Shown: one piece after another, positions 1 through 9,802 of the stretch
How positions within the stretch are numbered: position 1 is the stretch's first letter
Layout: each line of letters opens with the position of its first letter
Assembly: GCA_028684095.1 (NCBI GenBank)
Contig: JAQUGQ010000004.1
Span: 4,937-68,936 of the forward strand
Length of the DNA: 64,000 bases
Direction of reading: 5' to 3'
From: Clostridia bacterium
Lineage (GTDB): Bacteria > Bacillota > Clostridia > TANB77 > CAG-465
Translations under genes and position numbers: made by a program
The notes under the pieces: generated by a model
The model's input: only the letters and a program-made list of their open reading frames with translations
What the model was told of the DNA's origin: nothing
Database searches by the model: none

Positions 1-391
1 AAGTGAAGCTATAAATCTTGAAAAAAAAATCAAGAAAAACGAATTTACACTTGATGATTACTTAGATCAGATGAAGAAGATAAGAAAAATGGGTTCTTTT
101 AAATCTATACTTACAATGTTACCAGGAGTACCAAAGGAATTAAAAGATGCTGATATAGATGAAAAGAAATTACTTAGAATAGATGCAATTATAACTTCAA
201 TGACAAAAAGAGAGAGATTAAATCCAAAAATTTTAGACGGTTCAAGAAGAAAGAGAATTGCAAAAGGTAGTGGAAATAAAGTAGAAGATATAAATAGATT
301 TATGAATCAATTTGTTGAAATGCAAAAGATGATGAAATCTATGACAAATGGTAAAAATCCGTTTGGAAATATGAAAATGCCTAAGTTTTAA
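1..391 (+). CDS. ffh: Signal recognition particle protein Ffh, C-terminal M-domain part; 5' end lies outside the window
   Basis: The frame is open from nt 2 (SEAINLEKKIKKNEFTLDDYLDQMKKIRKMG...). It has a Met-rich M-domain tail, and rpsP lies downstream as in the conserved ffh-rpsP operon. Confidence 0.9.
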   Translation, partial: SEAINLEKKIKKNEFTLDDYLDQMKKIRKMGSFKSILTMLPGVPKELKDADIDEKKLLRIDAIITSMTKRERLNPKILDGSRRKRIAKGSGNKVEDINRFMNQFVEMQKMMKSMTNGKNPFGNMKMPKF

Positions 392-438
392 ATATATTGA
401 AAACAATTTATATGCATTTTAAGGAGGTGAATAATTAA

Positions 439-681
439 ATGGTAAAAATAAGATTAAGAAGAGATGGTGCAAAAAAAGCTCCTTTTTATACTCTTGTCGT
501 TGCTGATTCAAGATTTCCAACTGGTGGAAGATTCCTAGATAAAGTGGGAGTATACAACCCGATGACTGAACCAGCATTTGTAGAAGTAAATAAAGAAAAA
601 GTATTAGAGTGGTTAAAAAAGGGTGCAAAACCTACAGATACAGCTAGAGCACTTATAAAGAAATCAGGAATTGAAATTTAA
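439..681 (+). CDS. rpsP: 30S ribosomal protein S16
   Basis: The product starts MVKIRLRRDGAKKAPFY and is 80 aa. A strong SD (aaggaggtg) lies upstream, and synteny fits. Confidence 0.95.
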   Translation: MVKIRLRRDGAKKAPFYTLVVADSRFPTGGRFLDKVGVYNPMTEPAFVEVNKEKVLEWLKKGAKPTDTARALIKKSGIEI

Positions 682-700
682 GTTTTAAGGAGTAGATATT

Positions 701-937
701 ATGTATAAAGAATTATTAGAATACATTGTTAAAAACCTTGTAAGTAAAGCTGATGAAGTTGTAATTAACGAAATAGAAGTTGAAAACAGAAAAGTTTTAA
801 AATTAAAAGTAGCAAAAGAAGACATGGGTAGAATAATTGGTAAAGAAGGTAGAATAATACGTTCTATTAGAGAAATTATCTATGCATATGCAATGAAAGA
901 TTCAGTTAAAGTTTCAGTTGATATAGAAGAAGTATAA
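701..937 (+). CDS. khpA: KH-domain RNA-binding protein (YlqC/KhpA family)
   Basis: A 78-aa protein with a GRIIGKEGR KH (GXXG) motif, in the conserved position between rpsP and rimM. Confidence 0.8.
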   Translation: MYKELLEYIVKNLVSKADEVVINEIEVENRKVLKLKVAKEDMGRIIGKEGRIIRSIREIIYAYAMKDSVKVSVDIEEV

Positions 938-940
938 GAT

Positions 941-1453
941 ATGGATTCTATAAAGATTGGTCAAATTGTAAATACACATGGTTTAAAAGGTGAAATAAAG
1001 ATATATCCGTACACAGATGATATAGAAGATATTGCTAAATTTAAAAAAATATATCTTGATCCAGAGCTTAAATTAGAATATATAGTTAGGGATTCCAAGA
1101 TAATTAAGAATATGATAGTTTTTAAATTAGCTGGTATTGATACTCTTGAACAAACCAAAAACCTTATGCAGAAGTATATTTATACAAAAAAAGTAAAGAT
1201 TAAAGAAGAAAACACTTATTATATTGAAGATTTAATTAATTTAGATATTTATACTGTAGATGATTTAAATGATTTTTCAAAAGCTTTGTATTTTGGGAAA
1301 TTAGTAAATGTATTTAATTCAGGAGCTAGTGATGTATATGAAGTTAAAACAGAAATTCAAACTGTTTATCTACCTGCTATAAAAGATGTTATACTAAAAA
1401 TTAGTTTAGAAGAAGGAAAAGTATATGTTAAAATAATGGAGGGATTAATTTAA
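941..1453 (+). CDS. rimM: 16S rRNA processing protein RimM
   Basis: The N-terminus (IKIGQIVNTHGLKGEIKIYPYTDD) is typical of RimM, and the gene lies just before trmD. Confidence 0.9.
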   Translation: MDSIKIGQIVNTHGLKGEIKIYPYTDDIEDIAKFKKIYLDPELKLEYIVRDSKIIKNMIVFKLAGIDTLEQTKNLMQKYIYTKKVKIKEENTYYIEDLINLDIYTVDDLNDFSKALYFGKLVNVFNSGASDVYEVKTEIQTVYLPAIKDVILKISLEEGKVYVKIMEGLI

Positions 1454-2143
1454 ATGATTAAGTTCGTAGTTTTAACGTTATTTAATGATATGTTTACATC
1501 TTTTTTAAATACTAGTATAATAAAACGTAGTATAGAAGCAGGTAAATTATCTGTAGAACTAATAGATATTAGAGATTTTTCTGGGTTTAAGAATAAGAAA
1601 GTTGATGATACTCCTTATGGTGGTGGTAATGGTATGGTTATATCAGCCGAGCCAGTAGCTAAAGCTATAGATTTTGCATTAACTTTAATAAAAGACTTAG
1701 AATGTGAAATAATATATATGTCTCCTAGAGGTAATTTATTAAATTATAACATGTGTAAAGAATTTTCTGATGGTTGTAGTAACAAAGCATACATATTAAT
1801 ATGTGGACATTACGAAGGAATTGATGAAAGAGTATTAGAAGAGTATAATATTAAAGAAGTTTCAATTGGTGATTATGTATTAACAGGTGGAGAAATAGCA
1901 GCAATGGTATTTATTGATTCTGTTACAAGATTAGTGCCAGGAATAATAACTGAAGGATCGTTAATAGATGAATCTCATACTAATAAACTTTTAGAATATC
2001 CTCAATATACTAAACCTAGTGTATTTAGAGGTAGAAAAGTTCCTGAAGTACTTCTTTCAGGTCATGATAAAAACATAACTGAATATAGACATAAAAAGTC
2101 TTTAGAGTTAACTTTAAAAAATAGACCGGATTTACTTAAGTAA
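1454..2143 (+). CDS. trmD: tRNA (guanine37-N1)-methyltransferase TrmD
   Basis: TrmD-type motifs (VDDTPYGGGNGMV, GHYEGIDERV, GDYVLTGGE) in a 229-aa product. Confidence 0.95.
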   Translation: MIKFVVLTLFNDMFTSFLNTSIIKRSIEAGKLSVELIDIRDFSGFKNKKVDDTPYGGGNGMVISAEPVAKAIDFALTLIKDLECEIIYMSPRGNLLNYNMCKEFSDGCSNKAYILICGHYEGIDERVLEEYNIKEVSIGDYVLTGGEIAAMVFIDSVTRLVPGIITEGSLIDESHTNKLLEYPQYTKPSVFRGRKVPEVLLSGHDKNITEYRHKKSLELTLKNRPDLLK

Positions 2144-2187
2144 AATTTAAATAAAAAGAATCAAACATAAAAGGAGGGGAAATTAGA

Positions 2188-2532
2188 ATGGACATAATCA
2201 AAGCTATAGAACAAGAATACATGAAAGAAAACGTAGATAAATTTGATGTAGGTGCTACAGTAAAAGTATACGTAAAAATAGTTGAAGGAACTAAAGAGAG
2301 AATTCAAATATTTGAAGGTACAGTTATAAAGAGACAAAATTCAGGTTTAAATGAAACTTTCACAGTAAGAAAAATATCTAACAGTGTTGGAGTTGAAAGA
2401 ACATTTCCTGTTAATTCACCAAAAATCGAAAAGATAGAAGTTACTAGATTAGGTAAAGCTAGAAGAGCAAAACTTTATTATCTAAGAGATAGAGTTGGTA
2501 AATCAGCTAAATTAAAAGAAGTAAAGAAGTAA
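2188..2532 (+). CDS. rplS: 50S ribosomal protein L19
   Basis: Contains [29 protein letters not shown] and RRAKLYYLR; 114 aa. Confidence 0.95.
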   Translation: MDIIKAIEQEYMKENVDKFDVGATVKVYVKIVEGTKERIQIFEGTVIKRQNSGLNETFTVRKISNSVGVERTFPVNSPKIEKIEVTRLGKARRAKLYYLRDRVGKSAKLKEVKK

Positions 2533-2609
2533 TATATAATAAGCACCTTATATACTTTATTTGTATAGGGTGTTTAGATATGTGTTAAGTTAATGGAGAT
2601 GAGAATATA

Positions 2610-3476
2610 ATGAATATAAATTGGTATCCTGGGCATATGGTTACAGCTGCTAAATCTATTAGAGAAGATTTAAAATTAATAGATATTGTTGTAGAAGTTT
2701 TAGATGCTAGAATTCCTAAATCTAGTCAAAACTATATAATCGATGAAATGGCAGAAGGTAAAGAAAAAATAGTAGTTCTAAATAAGTATGATATGGCTGA
2801 TAAGATTGAAGTTAGTAAATGGAAAAAATATTTTGAAGATAAAGGTATATCTGTTGTGCTTACAAATGCTCAATCTGGAGATAATATTTCTAAATTACTA
2901 GATACAATAAAGATTGTTGGAACTAAAATATACAAAAAGAAATATGAAAACAAAACTATAGCAATAAAGCCCATATTTAGAGTATTAATTGTTGGAATTC
3001 CCAATGTGGGTAAATCTACTTTGATAAATAAAATTTCTAAAAAGAATTCAGCAAACGTAGGAAATAGACCTGGTGTAACTGTTAGAAAACAATGGATAAG
3101 AGTTGGAGAAAATGTAGAATTACTTGATACTCCTGGACTTTTATGGCCCAGATTAGAAGATGGTAATGCAGGACTCAAACTTGCACTTACTGGAAATATT
3201 AAACAAGAAATATTAGATTTAGAAGAACTATCTGCTGAAGGTGTAAAAATATTAATAAAAAATGAAAGATATAATTTGTTATTTAAAGAAAAATATAAAT
3301 TAAGTGATGAAGATTTAATTAAAGAAGCTCATGAAATAGTAGAAATAATTGGAAGAAAAAAAGGTTGTTTGATTTCTGGTGGAGAAGTTGATCTTGAAAA
3401 AGCTTCAAAAATTTTTCTTGATGATTTCAAAAACGGAAGAATAGGAAATATTAGTTTAGATAGTATTGAAAAATAA
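2610..3476 (+). CDS. rbgA: Ribosome biogenesis GTPase A (YlqF/RbgA), circularly permuted GTPase
   Basis: The N-terminus is NWYPGHM. The G4 motif (LNKYD) precedes G1 (GIPNVGKST) and G3 (DTPG), the permuted order typical of YlqF. Confidence 0.9.
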   Translation: MNINWYPGHMVTAAKSIREDLKLIDIVVEVLDARIPKSSQNYIIDEMAEGKEKIVVLNKYDMADKIEVSKWKKYFEDKGISVVLTNAQSGDNISKLLDTIKIVGTKIYKKKYENKTIAIKPIFRVLIVGIPNVGKSTLINKISKKNSANVGNRPGVTVRKQWIRVGENVELLDTPGLLWPRLEDGNAGLKLALTGNIKQEILDLEELSAEGVKILIKNERYNLLFKEKYKLSDEDLIKEAHEIVEIIGRKKGCLISGGEVDLEKASKIFLDDFKNGRIGNISLDSIEK

Positions 3477-3492
3477 AGAAGGGAATTAAAAT

Positions 3493-4929
3493 ATGGATGA
3501 TAAAAATTTTGTAAAAGAATTAACTAAAATGGATGATAATTTTACTGATTGGTATACAGATGTTATACTAAAATCAGAACTTGTAGATTATGCTCCTGTT
3601 AAAGGTTTCATGGTAATTAGACCATATGGATATGCTTTATGGGAGAATATACAAAAAGTATTAGATGAAAAGTTTAAAGAAACTGGTCACAAAAATGCAT
3701 ACTTTCCTTTACTTATACCAGAATCAATGTTAAATAAAGAAAAAGAACATGTAGCAGGATTTGCACCAGAAGTTGCATGGGTAACTCATGGTGGAGATAA
3801 CAAATTACAAGAAAGACTTTGTATAAGACCTACATCAGAAACTATAATTTGTACAATGTATTCTAAATGGATTAAATCTCACAGAGATTTACCACTACTT
3901 ATAAATCAATGGGCAAATGTAGTAAGATGGGAGAAAACAACAAGACCTTTTTTAAGAACAACAGAATTTTTATGGCAAGAGGGGCATACTTTACATTCTA
4001 CTGCTAATGAAGCAATAGAAGAAACGCTTAGAATGCACAAAATATATGCGGATTTTTGCGAAGAATATTTAGCTATTCCTGTAATCAAAGGTATTAAATC
4101 TGAAAAAGAAAGATTTGCTGGTGCAGTAAGCACATATACAATTGAAGCTTTAATGCATGATGGTAAAGCACTTCAATCTGGTACTTCTCATTATCTTGGA
4201 ACTCATTTTTCTAAAGCATTTGATATAAAGTTCCAAAACAAAGTAGGAAAAGAAGAGCATGCATACCAAACATCTTGGGGAATGTCAACTAGAGTTATTG
4301 GTGGAATAATAATGACTCATGGAGATGATAGAGGTCTTAAATTACCTCCAAATATTGCTCCAATACAAGTAGTTATAGTTCCAATAGCTGGGCAAAAACC
4401 AGGGGTTTTAAATAAAGTAGCAGAACTTAAAAAGGAACTTTCAAGTAAATTTAGAGTTGAATTAGATGATAGAGAAGAATATTCTCCAGGATATAAATTT
4501 AACCATTGGGAATTACGTGGAGTACCAGTTAGAGTTGAAATAGGACCTAGAGATATAGAAAATAATAATTGTATTATATTTAGAAGAGATACACTACAAA
4601 AAGAAACAATTAGTTTAGATACTTTACAAGAACATATAGAAAAACTATTAGTAGATATACAACAAAACATGTTTGAAATGGCTAAAGAAAACACTGAAAA
4701 CTATACATTTGAAGCTAGAAGTTTAGAAGAATATATAAATATATTTGAAACTAAACAAGGCTTTGTTAAAATGATGTGGTGTGGTGATGTAGCATGTGAA
4801 GATAAAATAAAAGATCTTACAGCATCAACTATTAGGTGTATTCCATTTGAAGAGGAACAGTTAGATACTAAATGTGCAATATGTGGAAAAGATTCAAAAC
4901 ATATGGTATATACAGCAAGACAATATTAA
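3493..4929 (+). CDS. proS: Prolyl-tRNA synthetase (478 aa, short archaeal/eukaryote-like class II form)
   Basis: Class II motifs are present (IRPTSET, FLWQEGHT, GTSHYLG), with a C-terminal Cys cluster. Confidence 0.9.
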   Translation: MDDKNFVKELTKMDDNFTDWYTDVILKSELVDYAPVKGFMVIRPYGYALWENIQKVLDEKFKETGHKNAYFPLLIPESMLNKEKEHVAGFAPEVAWVTHGGDNKLQERLCIRPTSETIICTMYSKWIKSHRDLPLLINQWANVVRWEKTTRPFLRTTEFLWQEGHTLHSTANEAIEETLRMHKIYADFCEEYLAIPVIKGIKSEKERFAGAVSTYTIEALMHDGKALQSGTSHYLGTHFSKAFDIKFQNKVGKEEHAYQTSWGMSTRVIGGIIMTHGDDRGLKLPPNIAPIQVVIVPIAGQKPGVLNKVAELKKELSSKFRVELDDREEYSPGYKFNHWELRGVPVRVEIGPRDIENNNCIIFRRDTLQKETISLDTLQEHIEKLLVDIQQNMFEMAKENTENYTFEARSLEEYINIFETKQGFVKMMWCGDVACEDKIKDLTASTIRCIPFEEEQLDTKCAICGKDSKHMVYTARQY

Positions 4930-5147
4930 GATTAAATACAAAATTGGGTTAAAATCAATTATTTATATGTGGCTTCTTCATCAAAATTATAACAATAAAA
5001 TGTTATTAAAAAGATAGTGGTATTATATAATAAATTATTAGACAAATATGTAATTATAAATGAAAACTAATATATTAAATACTTGCTATATAATTATATA
5101 TGTGATATACTTATAATAAGAGTAACATATAAAAGGAGGAAATTAAT

Positions 5148-6095
5148 ATGAATAAAAAAAGTATTTTAAATCAGCAGGTGTTTAATGATATTCAAAGGGC
5201 TGTTAAAATTCAAGTTGAATCGACAAAGGAAATATTCAATTGTACTGATGAAAAAGCATTGTCAGTTTTTTCTAGAGAGTTGACAAAAAATATGATACAA
5301 GCATATCATCAACAATTAAAAACAAATGAAGGATATAGTATAGCAAGTACAAGTGCTAGTAATATGCCTACACGAAATATAAGAGAAGCATTAATTAAAT
5401 CTAATATAAGTGAAAATGGATTATTACCAGAAAAAAGATGTTATCTTGCAGAGTTTTCTGAAGGTGAAGGGTATTTTACTGACCAAAATGAATATGATAA
5501 TGAAAAAAAAGTTGTTGAAAGTAGAATAGCTAATATATTTAATTGGGTTAAAGAAAACGAAGAAACAGATCCTAACTTAAATGAGTTAATGGATATATTT
5601 ATTACAGCAGGTAAATTTGAAAATGATTTATCACAAAATACTATAGAACAGTTACAATATTTAAAAGAGAAAAGAATGGACGACTTAGTAGAAAAAGTTG
5701 GGATAAATAAAGAAGATGAGTTATATAAAATGTGCAATGAAATTTGTGAAAACACATTACAAGGAGTACCAACTACATATTCTACTAATGTTAAGGAATA
5801 TGTTTGTAAATTAGCGGGAGTAAATTTATATATAGGACAAATGAAAAGAGACGATAAAAACTTCTCATATGATAATGAATATGAATTTCAACAAATATCT
5901 ATTTTAAAGAAACAAGCTGAGAAAGAGCAAGTAATGATTCCATTATCTTGTGAAAAGGTTGTTAATAATATAGATAAAAATTTACAAAGAGATAAAGGAT
6001 TTATTGGTGAATTAAAAAAATTAACTGTTGCTGAACCTATAGAATATAGTGATAAAACTAGTGGTGAAGATATAAATATAAAAGAATTAAGTTGA
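5148..6095 (+). CDS. Hypothetical acidic protein, 315 aa, no recognised motif
   Basis: A long ORF with a strong SD (aaaggagga) 7 nt upstream, followed by a terminator hairpin at 6146-6181. Confidence 0.6.
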   Translation: MNKKSILNQQVFNDIQRAVKIQVESTKEIFNCTDEKALSVFSRELTKNMIQAYHQQLKTNEGYSIASTSASNMPTRNIREALIKSNISENGLLPEKRCYLAEFSEGEGYFTDQNEYDNEKKVVESRIANIFNWVKENEETDPNLNELMDIFITAGKFENDLSQNTIEQLQYLKEKRMDDLVEKVGINKEDELYKMCNEICENTLQGVPTTYSTNVKEYVCKLAGVNLYIGQMKRDDKNFSYDNEYEFQQISILKKQAEKEQVMIPLSCEKVVNNIDKNLQRDKGFIGELKKLTVAEPIEYSDKTSGEDINIKELS

Positions 6096-6145
6096 TAATA
6101 AATGAACCATGAATCTCAATGTCAATAATTCTAGGTTTGTTAGAT

Positions 6146-6181
6146 ACAAAAACACTATTGGATATTCAATAGTGTTTTTGT
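6146..6181 (+). terminator. Rho-independent terminator-like hairpin
   Basis: The arms acaaaaacactattg and aatagtgtttttgt flank a 7-nt loop; the T-rich tail is weak. Confidence 0.55.
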
Positions 6182-6319
6182 ATATTATTTTACACTAAAA
6201 TTAGTGCTTAAAATATACATATAATATTTGATTATCTAATTTACTTAATATATAATTATATTAAATATATAAAAAATATAAAGAGAGGAGAGTATGATAT
6301 ATATATCATACAAGAATAA

Positions 6320-7102
6320 ATGGAATATTTATGGCTTAGTATATATGTTAAACTAGATTACTTAACATACATAAACTTACTTAGAGTGTTTAAAGATGTT
6401 AAAGAAATATATTATATATCCAAAGATAAAGATAAAATTTTAAAGATAATTAAATCTAATAGCATATATGTTAGTTATAGTATTTTTTCTAATTTAGTTA
6501 ATTCGCAGTTAAAGGTTAAATCTATAGAGTTGTTTCAAAGTTTATGTGAAAACAGTATTAAAATAATAAACATTCATTCCAAAGAATATCCACAACAGTT
6601 GATAAATGTTTTTAATCCGCCACTAGTTATATTTGCAAGGGGTAATTTATCACTATTGAAAAACAAGAAGGTATACATATATAGTTCAAATAATTTTAGT
6701 ATTACTGGCAAAAGAAAATACTATGAGTTTTATAAATATATGAATAATAATAATATATCAATAGTTAGTGATGAAATAACTGAATATAGTAATATTGTAT
6801 ATTTACCATATATTAAGGAAGTAGAAAGAGAAGATATTCTAATTGTATCAGATAAATTAGAAAAAAATAAATTTATTAATTACGAATATATAACTGGAAT
6901 ATCTGATTGTTTGTTTATACCTGAAACAAATTATAATATTAAAGCTGCAATAATTGTAGATTTAATATTAGAGCAAGGTAAAGATATATTAGTTATTCCT
7001 GGAAGTATATATAATAAAGATTCATATTTTTCTAATTATTTAATTAAAGATGGTGCAATATGTATCACTTCAAAAACAGATTTACTTGAATTTTTCACAT
7101 AA
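6320..7102 (+). CDS. Divergent, short DprA/Smf-like protein (SLOG/Rossmann-like)
   Basis: Contains YPQQLINVFNPPLVIFARGNL, the DprA YP..L..i.dPP.vLf.kG signature. The C-terminal part (DILVIPGSIYN, GAICITS) resembles the end of the DprA Rossmann domain. The GxARGID motif is not recognisable, and the protein is only 260 aa. Confidence 0.5.
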   Translation: MEYLWLSIYVKLDYLTYINLLRVFKDVKEIYYISKDKDKILKIIKSNSIYVSYSIFSNLVNSQLKVKSIELFQSLCENSIKIINIHSKEYPQQLINVFNPPLVIFARGNLSLLKNKKVYIYSSNNFSITGKRKYYEFYKYMNNNNISIVSDEITEYSNIVYLPYIKEVEREDILIVSDKLEKNKFINYEYITGISDCLFIPETNYNIKAAIIVDLILEQGKDILVIPGSIYNKDSYFSNYLIKDGAICITSKTDLLEFFT

Positions 7103-7204
7103 CTATCTTGTATTCTTTAATTATATCAAATAATTTAATTAAACTATTCATAAAAAAGCTTTGGTATAATATATTGTATTAAAGTATTTTATGGAGGTAT
7201 TAAA

Positions 7205-8686
7205 ATGGAGAGAAGAGATATATACAAAGACATTGAAGCTAGAACAGGTGGTGACATATATCTAGGTGTTGTAGGTCCTGTAAGAACAGGTAAGTCAACA
7301 TTTATTAAAAATTTTATGGAGATGTTTGTTATTCCAAATATTGAAAATGAATACAAACAAGATAGAGCAAAAGACGAATTACCACAAAGTGCAGCAGGTA
7401 AGACAATAATGACAACTGAACCAAAGTTTGTTCCTAATGAATCTGTTGAAATAAAACTTGATAATAATGTTAGACTTAAGACTAGATTGGTTGATTGTGT
7501 TGGATATTTAGTTAATGATAGTTTAGGATATATGGAAGGTGACTTACCACGTATGGTAAAAACACCTTGGTCTCTTGAAGAAATGCCGTTTGCAAAAGCA
7601 GCTGAAATAGGAACAAAAAAAGTTATATCAGATCATTCAACAATTGGTCTTGTGGTAACTACTGATGGTAGCATAACTGATATTGAAAGAAATTCCTATG
7701 TTGAAGCAGAAGAGAGAGTAATCAGTGAATTAAAGGATATACATAAACCTTTTGTTATAATGCTTAACTCTATGCATCCATATAGTGAGGAAACAAAAAA
7801 ATTATCCAGAGATTTAGAAGAAAAGTACGATGCACCAGTAATAGCTACAGATGTTCTGAATTTATCAGAAAAGGATGTATCAGGAGTATTTGAAAAAGTA
7901 CTTAGTGAATTTCCAATAACAGAAATAGGGTTTAAAATGCCTAAATGGTTTACTGTGTTAGATTTGAATCACTGGTTGAAACAAGATATGATACAAATTG
8001 TAAAAACATCTTTCGATAAAGACTATTCACTTAGAGAAATTAATGATGTGGTATCAAGAATATCTAAAGAAAATGAAATGATAGATAGAATTTTAGTAGA
8101 TAGTGCAAAAATGGAAGATGGAAGTATAAAAATTGGAATTGAAATTAATCCTTCTATATTTTACAAAGTATTAAGTGAAGTTTCAAATTTTGAAATAACA
8201 TCAGATGGTGATATATTTAAAATTATGAAAGAATATGCTAAAACTAAAATTGAATATGACAAGATAGCAGTAGCACTAGAAGAGGTAAGAATAAAAGGAT
8301 ATGGAATAGTAACTCCACAGATAGATGAACTTAAATTAGAAGAACCAGAGATAGTTAAACAAGGAAGTAAATTTGGTGTTAAATTAAGAGCCAGTGCTCC
8401 ATCGATACATATGATTAGATGTGATGTAGAAACAGAGATTTCGCCTATTGTGGGAAGTGAGAAACAATCTGAAGACTTAGTTAAATATTTACTTAGTGAA
8501 TTTGAAAATGATACTACAAAAATATGGGAATCAAACATATTTGGTAAATCATTACATGAACTTGTTAATGAAGGACTACAAAATAAATTATATAGAATGC
8601 CTGATGAAGCTCAAATGAAGTTACAAGAAACATTACAAAGAATTATAAATGAAGGTAGTGGAGGATTAATTTGCATAATACTTTAG
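7205..8686 (+). CDS. spoIVA: Stage IV sporulation protein A (spore coat morphogenetic ATPase)
   Basis: The N-terminus is DIYKDIEARTGGDIYLGVVGPVRTGKSTFIK with a Walker A motif. The product is 493 aa and ends in GGLICIIL. Confidence 0.95.
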   Translation: MERRDIYKDIEARTGGDIYLGVVGPVRTGKSTFIKNFMEMFVIPNIENEYKQDRAKDELPQSAAGKTIMTTEPKFVPNESVEIKLDNNVRLKTRLVDCVGYLVNDSLGYMEGDLPRMVKTPWSLEEMPFAKAAEIGTKKVISDHSTIGLVVTTDGSITDIERNSYVEAEERVISELKDIHKPFVIMLNSMHPYSEETKKLSRDLEEKYDAPVIATDVLNLSEKDVSGVFEKVLSEFPITEIGFKMPKWFTVLDLNHWLKQDMIQIVKTSFDKDYSLREINDVVSRISKENEMIDRILVDSAKMEDGSIKIGIEINPSIFYKVLSEVSNFEITSDGDIFKIMKEYAKTKIEYDKIAVALEEVRIKGYGIVTPQIDELKLEEPEIVKQGSKFGVKLRASAPSIHMIRCDVETEISPIVGSEKQSEDLVKYLLSEFENDTTKIWESNIFGKSLHELVNEGLQNKLYRMPDEAQMKLQETLQRIINEGSGGLICIIL

Positions 8687-8703
8687 GTATATAAAGAAGA
8701 TAA

Positions 8704-8740
8704 AAATAGGACTTAATTTATTAGGTCCTATTTGTTGTGT
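8704..8740 (+). terminator. Terminator-like hairpin after spoIVA
   Basis: An 8-bp stem (aataggac / gtcctatt) is followed by a T-rich tail. Confidence 0.45.
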
Positions 8741-8821
8741 TATGTTATCTAATATTCTATTTATAATCATAAAATGTATTTGAAACTTGTATATATCTGA
8801 TTTAGATAATTTTTTAATCAC

Positions 8822-8849
8822 ACTTTATTTGAAATATTCTCATATAATA
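8822..8849 (+). promoter_or_regulatory. Candidate sigma-K-type (late mother cell) promoter
   Basis: AC at 8822-8823, a 17-nt spacer, then CATATAATA at 8841-8849 matches AC-17-CATAnnnTA. It sits about 45 nt upstream of the collagen-like gene. Confidence 0.3.
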
Positions 8850-8895
8850 TACAAACAGATAACTGTTTTAATATCATATTAAAGAAGGATAATTA

Positions 8896-9483
8896 ATGAA
8901 AAATTATTTTTATGGTGATTGTACAAATGAACAAGATGAGTGTTTTAGTGAAAATTGTAATATTATTTAACATCATAATTGTTGTCCAATATGTCCACCA
9001 GGACCACCAGGAGTAACAGGACAAATAGGACCAATAGGACCAACAGGAGCGACAGGAGCAACAGGCACTAATGGATTATCTGAATATGCATATATCTATA
9101 ATTTAGCAGCAGAAACAGTAGCTGTGGAAGCTGACATACCATTTAGTGATAATGGTATAATTGTTGGTACTATTGCACATATAGGAGGAACATCTACAAT
9201 ACAGATTGGCACAGCTGGAAACTATGTTATATGGTTTTCTGTTTCAGGAGTAGAACCAGGTCAATTTGCTCTTTTTCAACAGGGATCTCTTGTTGCTGAT
9301 AGTATATATGGCTCAGGAGCTGGAACTCAAATATATTCAGGAATGGTAATCATAACCGCTGCTGCTTCTGATATATTAACTGTTCGTAATCATTCAAGTG
9401 CTGCTGCAGTTACTTTACAAACATTAACTGGTGGGACTCAAATAAATACAAATGCTTCAATATTAATACAAAAAATAAGTTAA
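8896..9483 (+). pseudogene. BclA-like collagen-repeat exosporium protein gene interrupted by an in-frame TAA at 8968-8970
   Basis: An ATG at 8896 follows an SD (aaggat) and encodes MKNYFYGDCTNEQDECFSENCNII, then a stop. The same frame continues HHNCCPICPPGPPGVTGQIGPIGPTGATGATGTNG (GXX collagen triplets). A BclA/C1q-like C-terminal domain follows, ending NASILIQKIS. The first canonical start after the stop is a GTG at 9124, beyond the collagen repeats. Confidence 0.6.
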
Positions 9484-9713
9484 TGAAATATCTTAACGTA
9501 GGTCTATAAGTTATATTCTTATGTATCTACGTTTTATAATAAATGACAATATACTATAATCATTTATTAAATACTTTTTATATATAGTCAATTAAATGTT
9601 ATATAAACATTTGTTATACAATTCTTTAAAGGTTTTGTATAATTTTATTTTGTTTAGTATTATTTTAATATAAAATTAATCAAATAATTATTTTTTATTG
9701 TTTTAACTAGTAA

Positions 9714-9762
9714 TTTGTGATAAAATTCTAATATATTATTAGAAAATAATATAAATCACAAA
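9714..9762. promoter_or_regulatory. Nested palindrome upstream of the EamA transporter gene
   Basis: The outer arms are tttgtgat (9714-9721) and atcacaaa (9755-9762). An inner perfect palindrome, ttctaata-tat-tattagaa, spans 9726-9744. Confidence 0.25.
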
Positions 9763-9802
9763 ATATTAAAACATAGATAAAATTTAGAATGGTAGGATAT
9801 TT

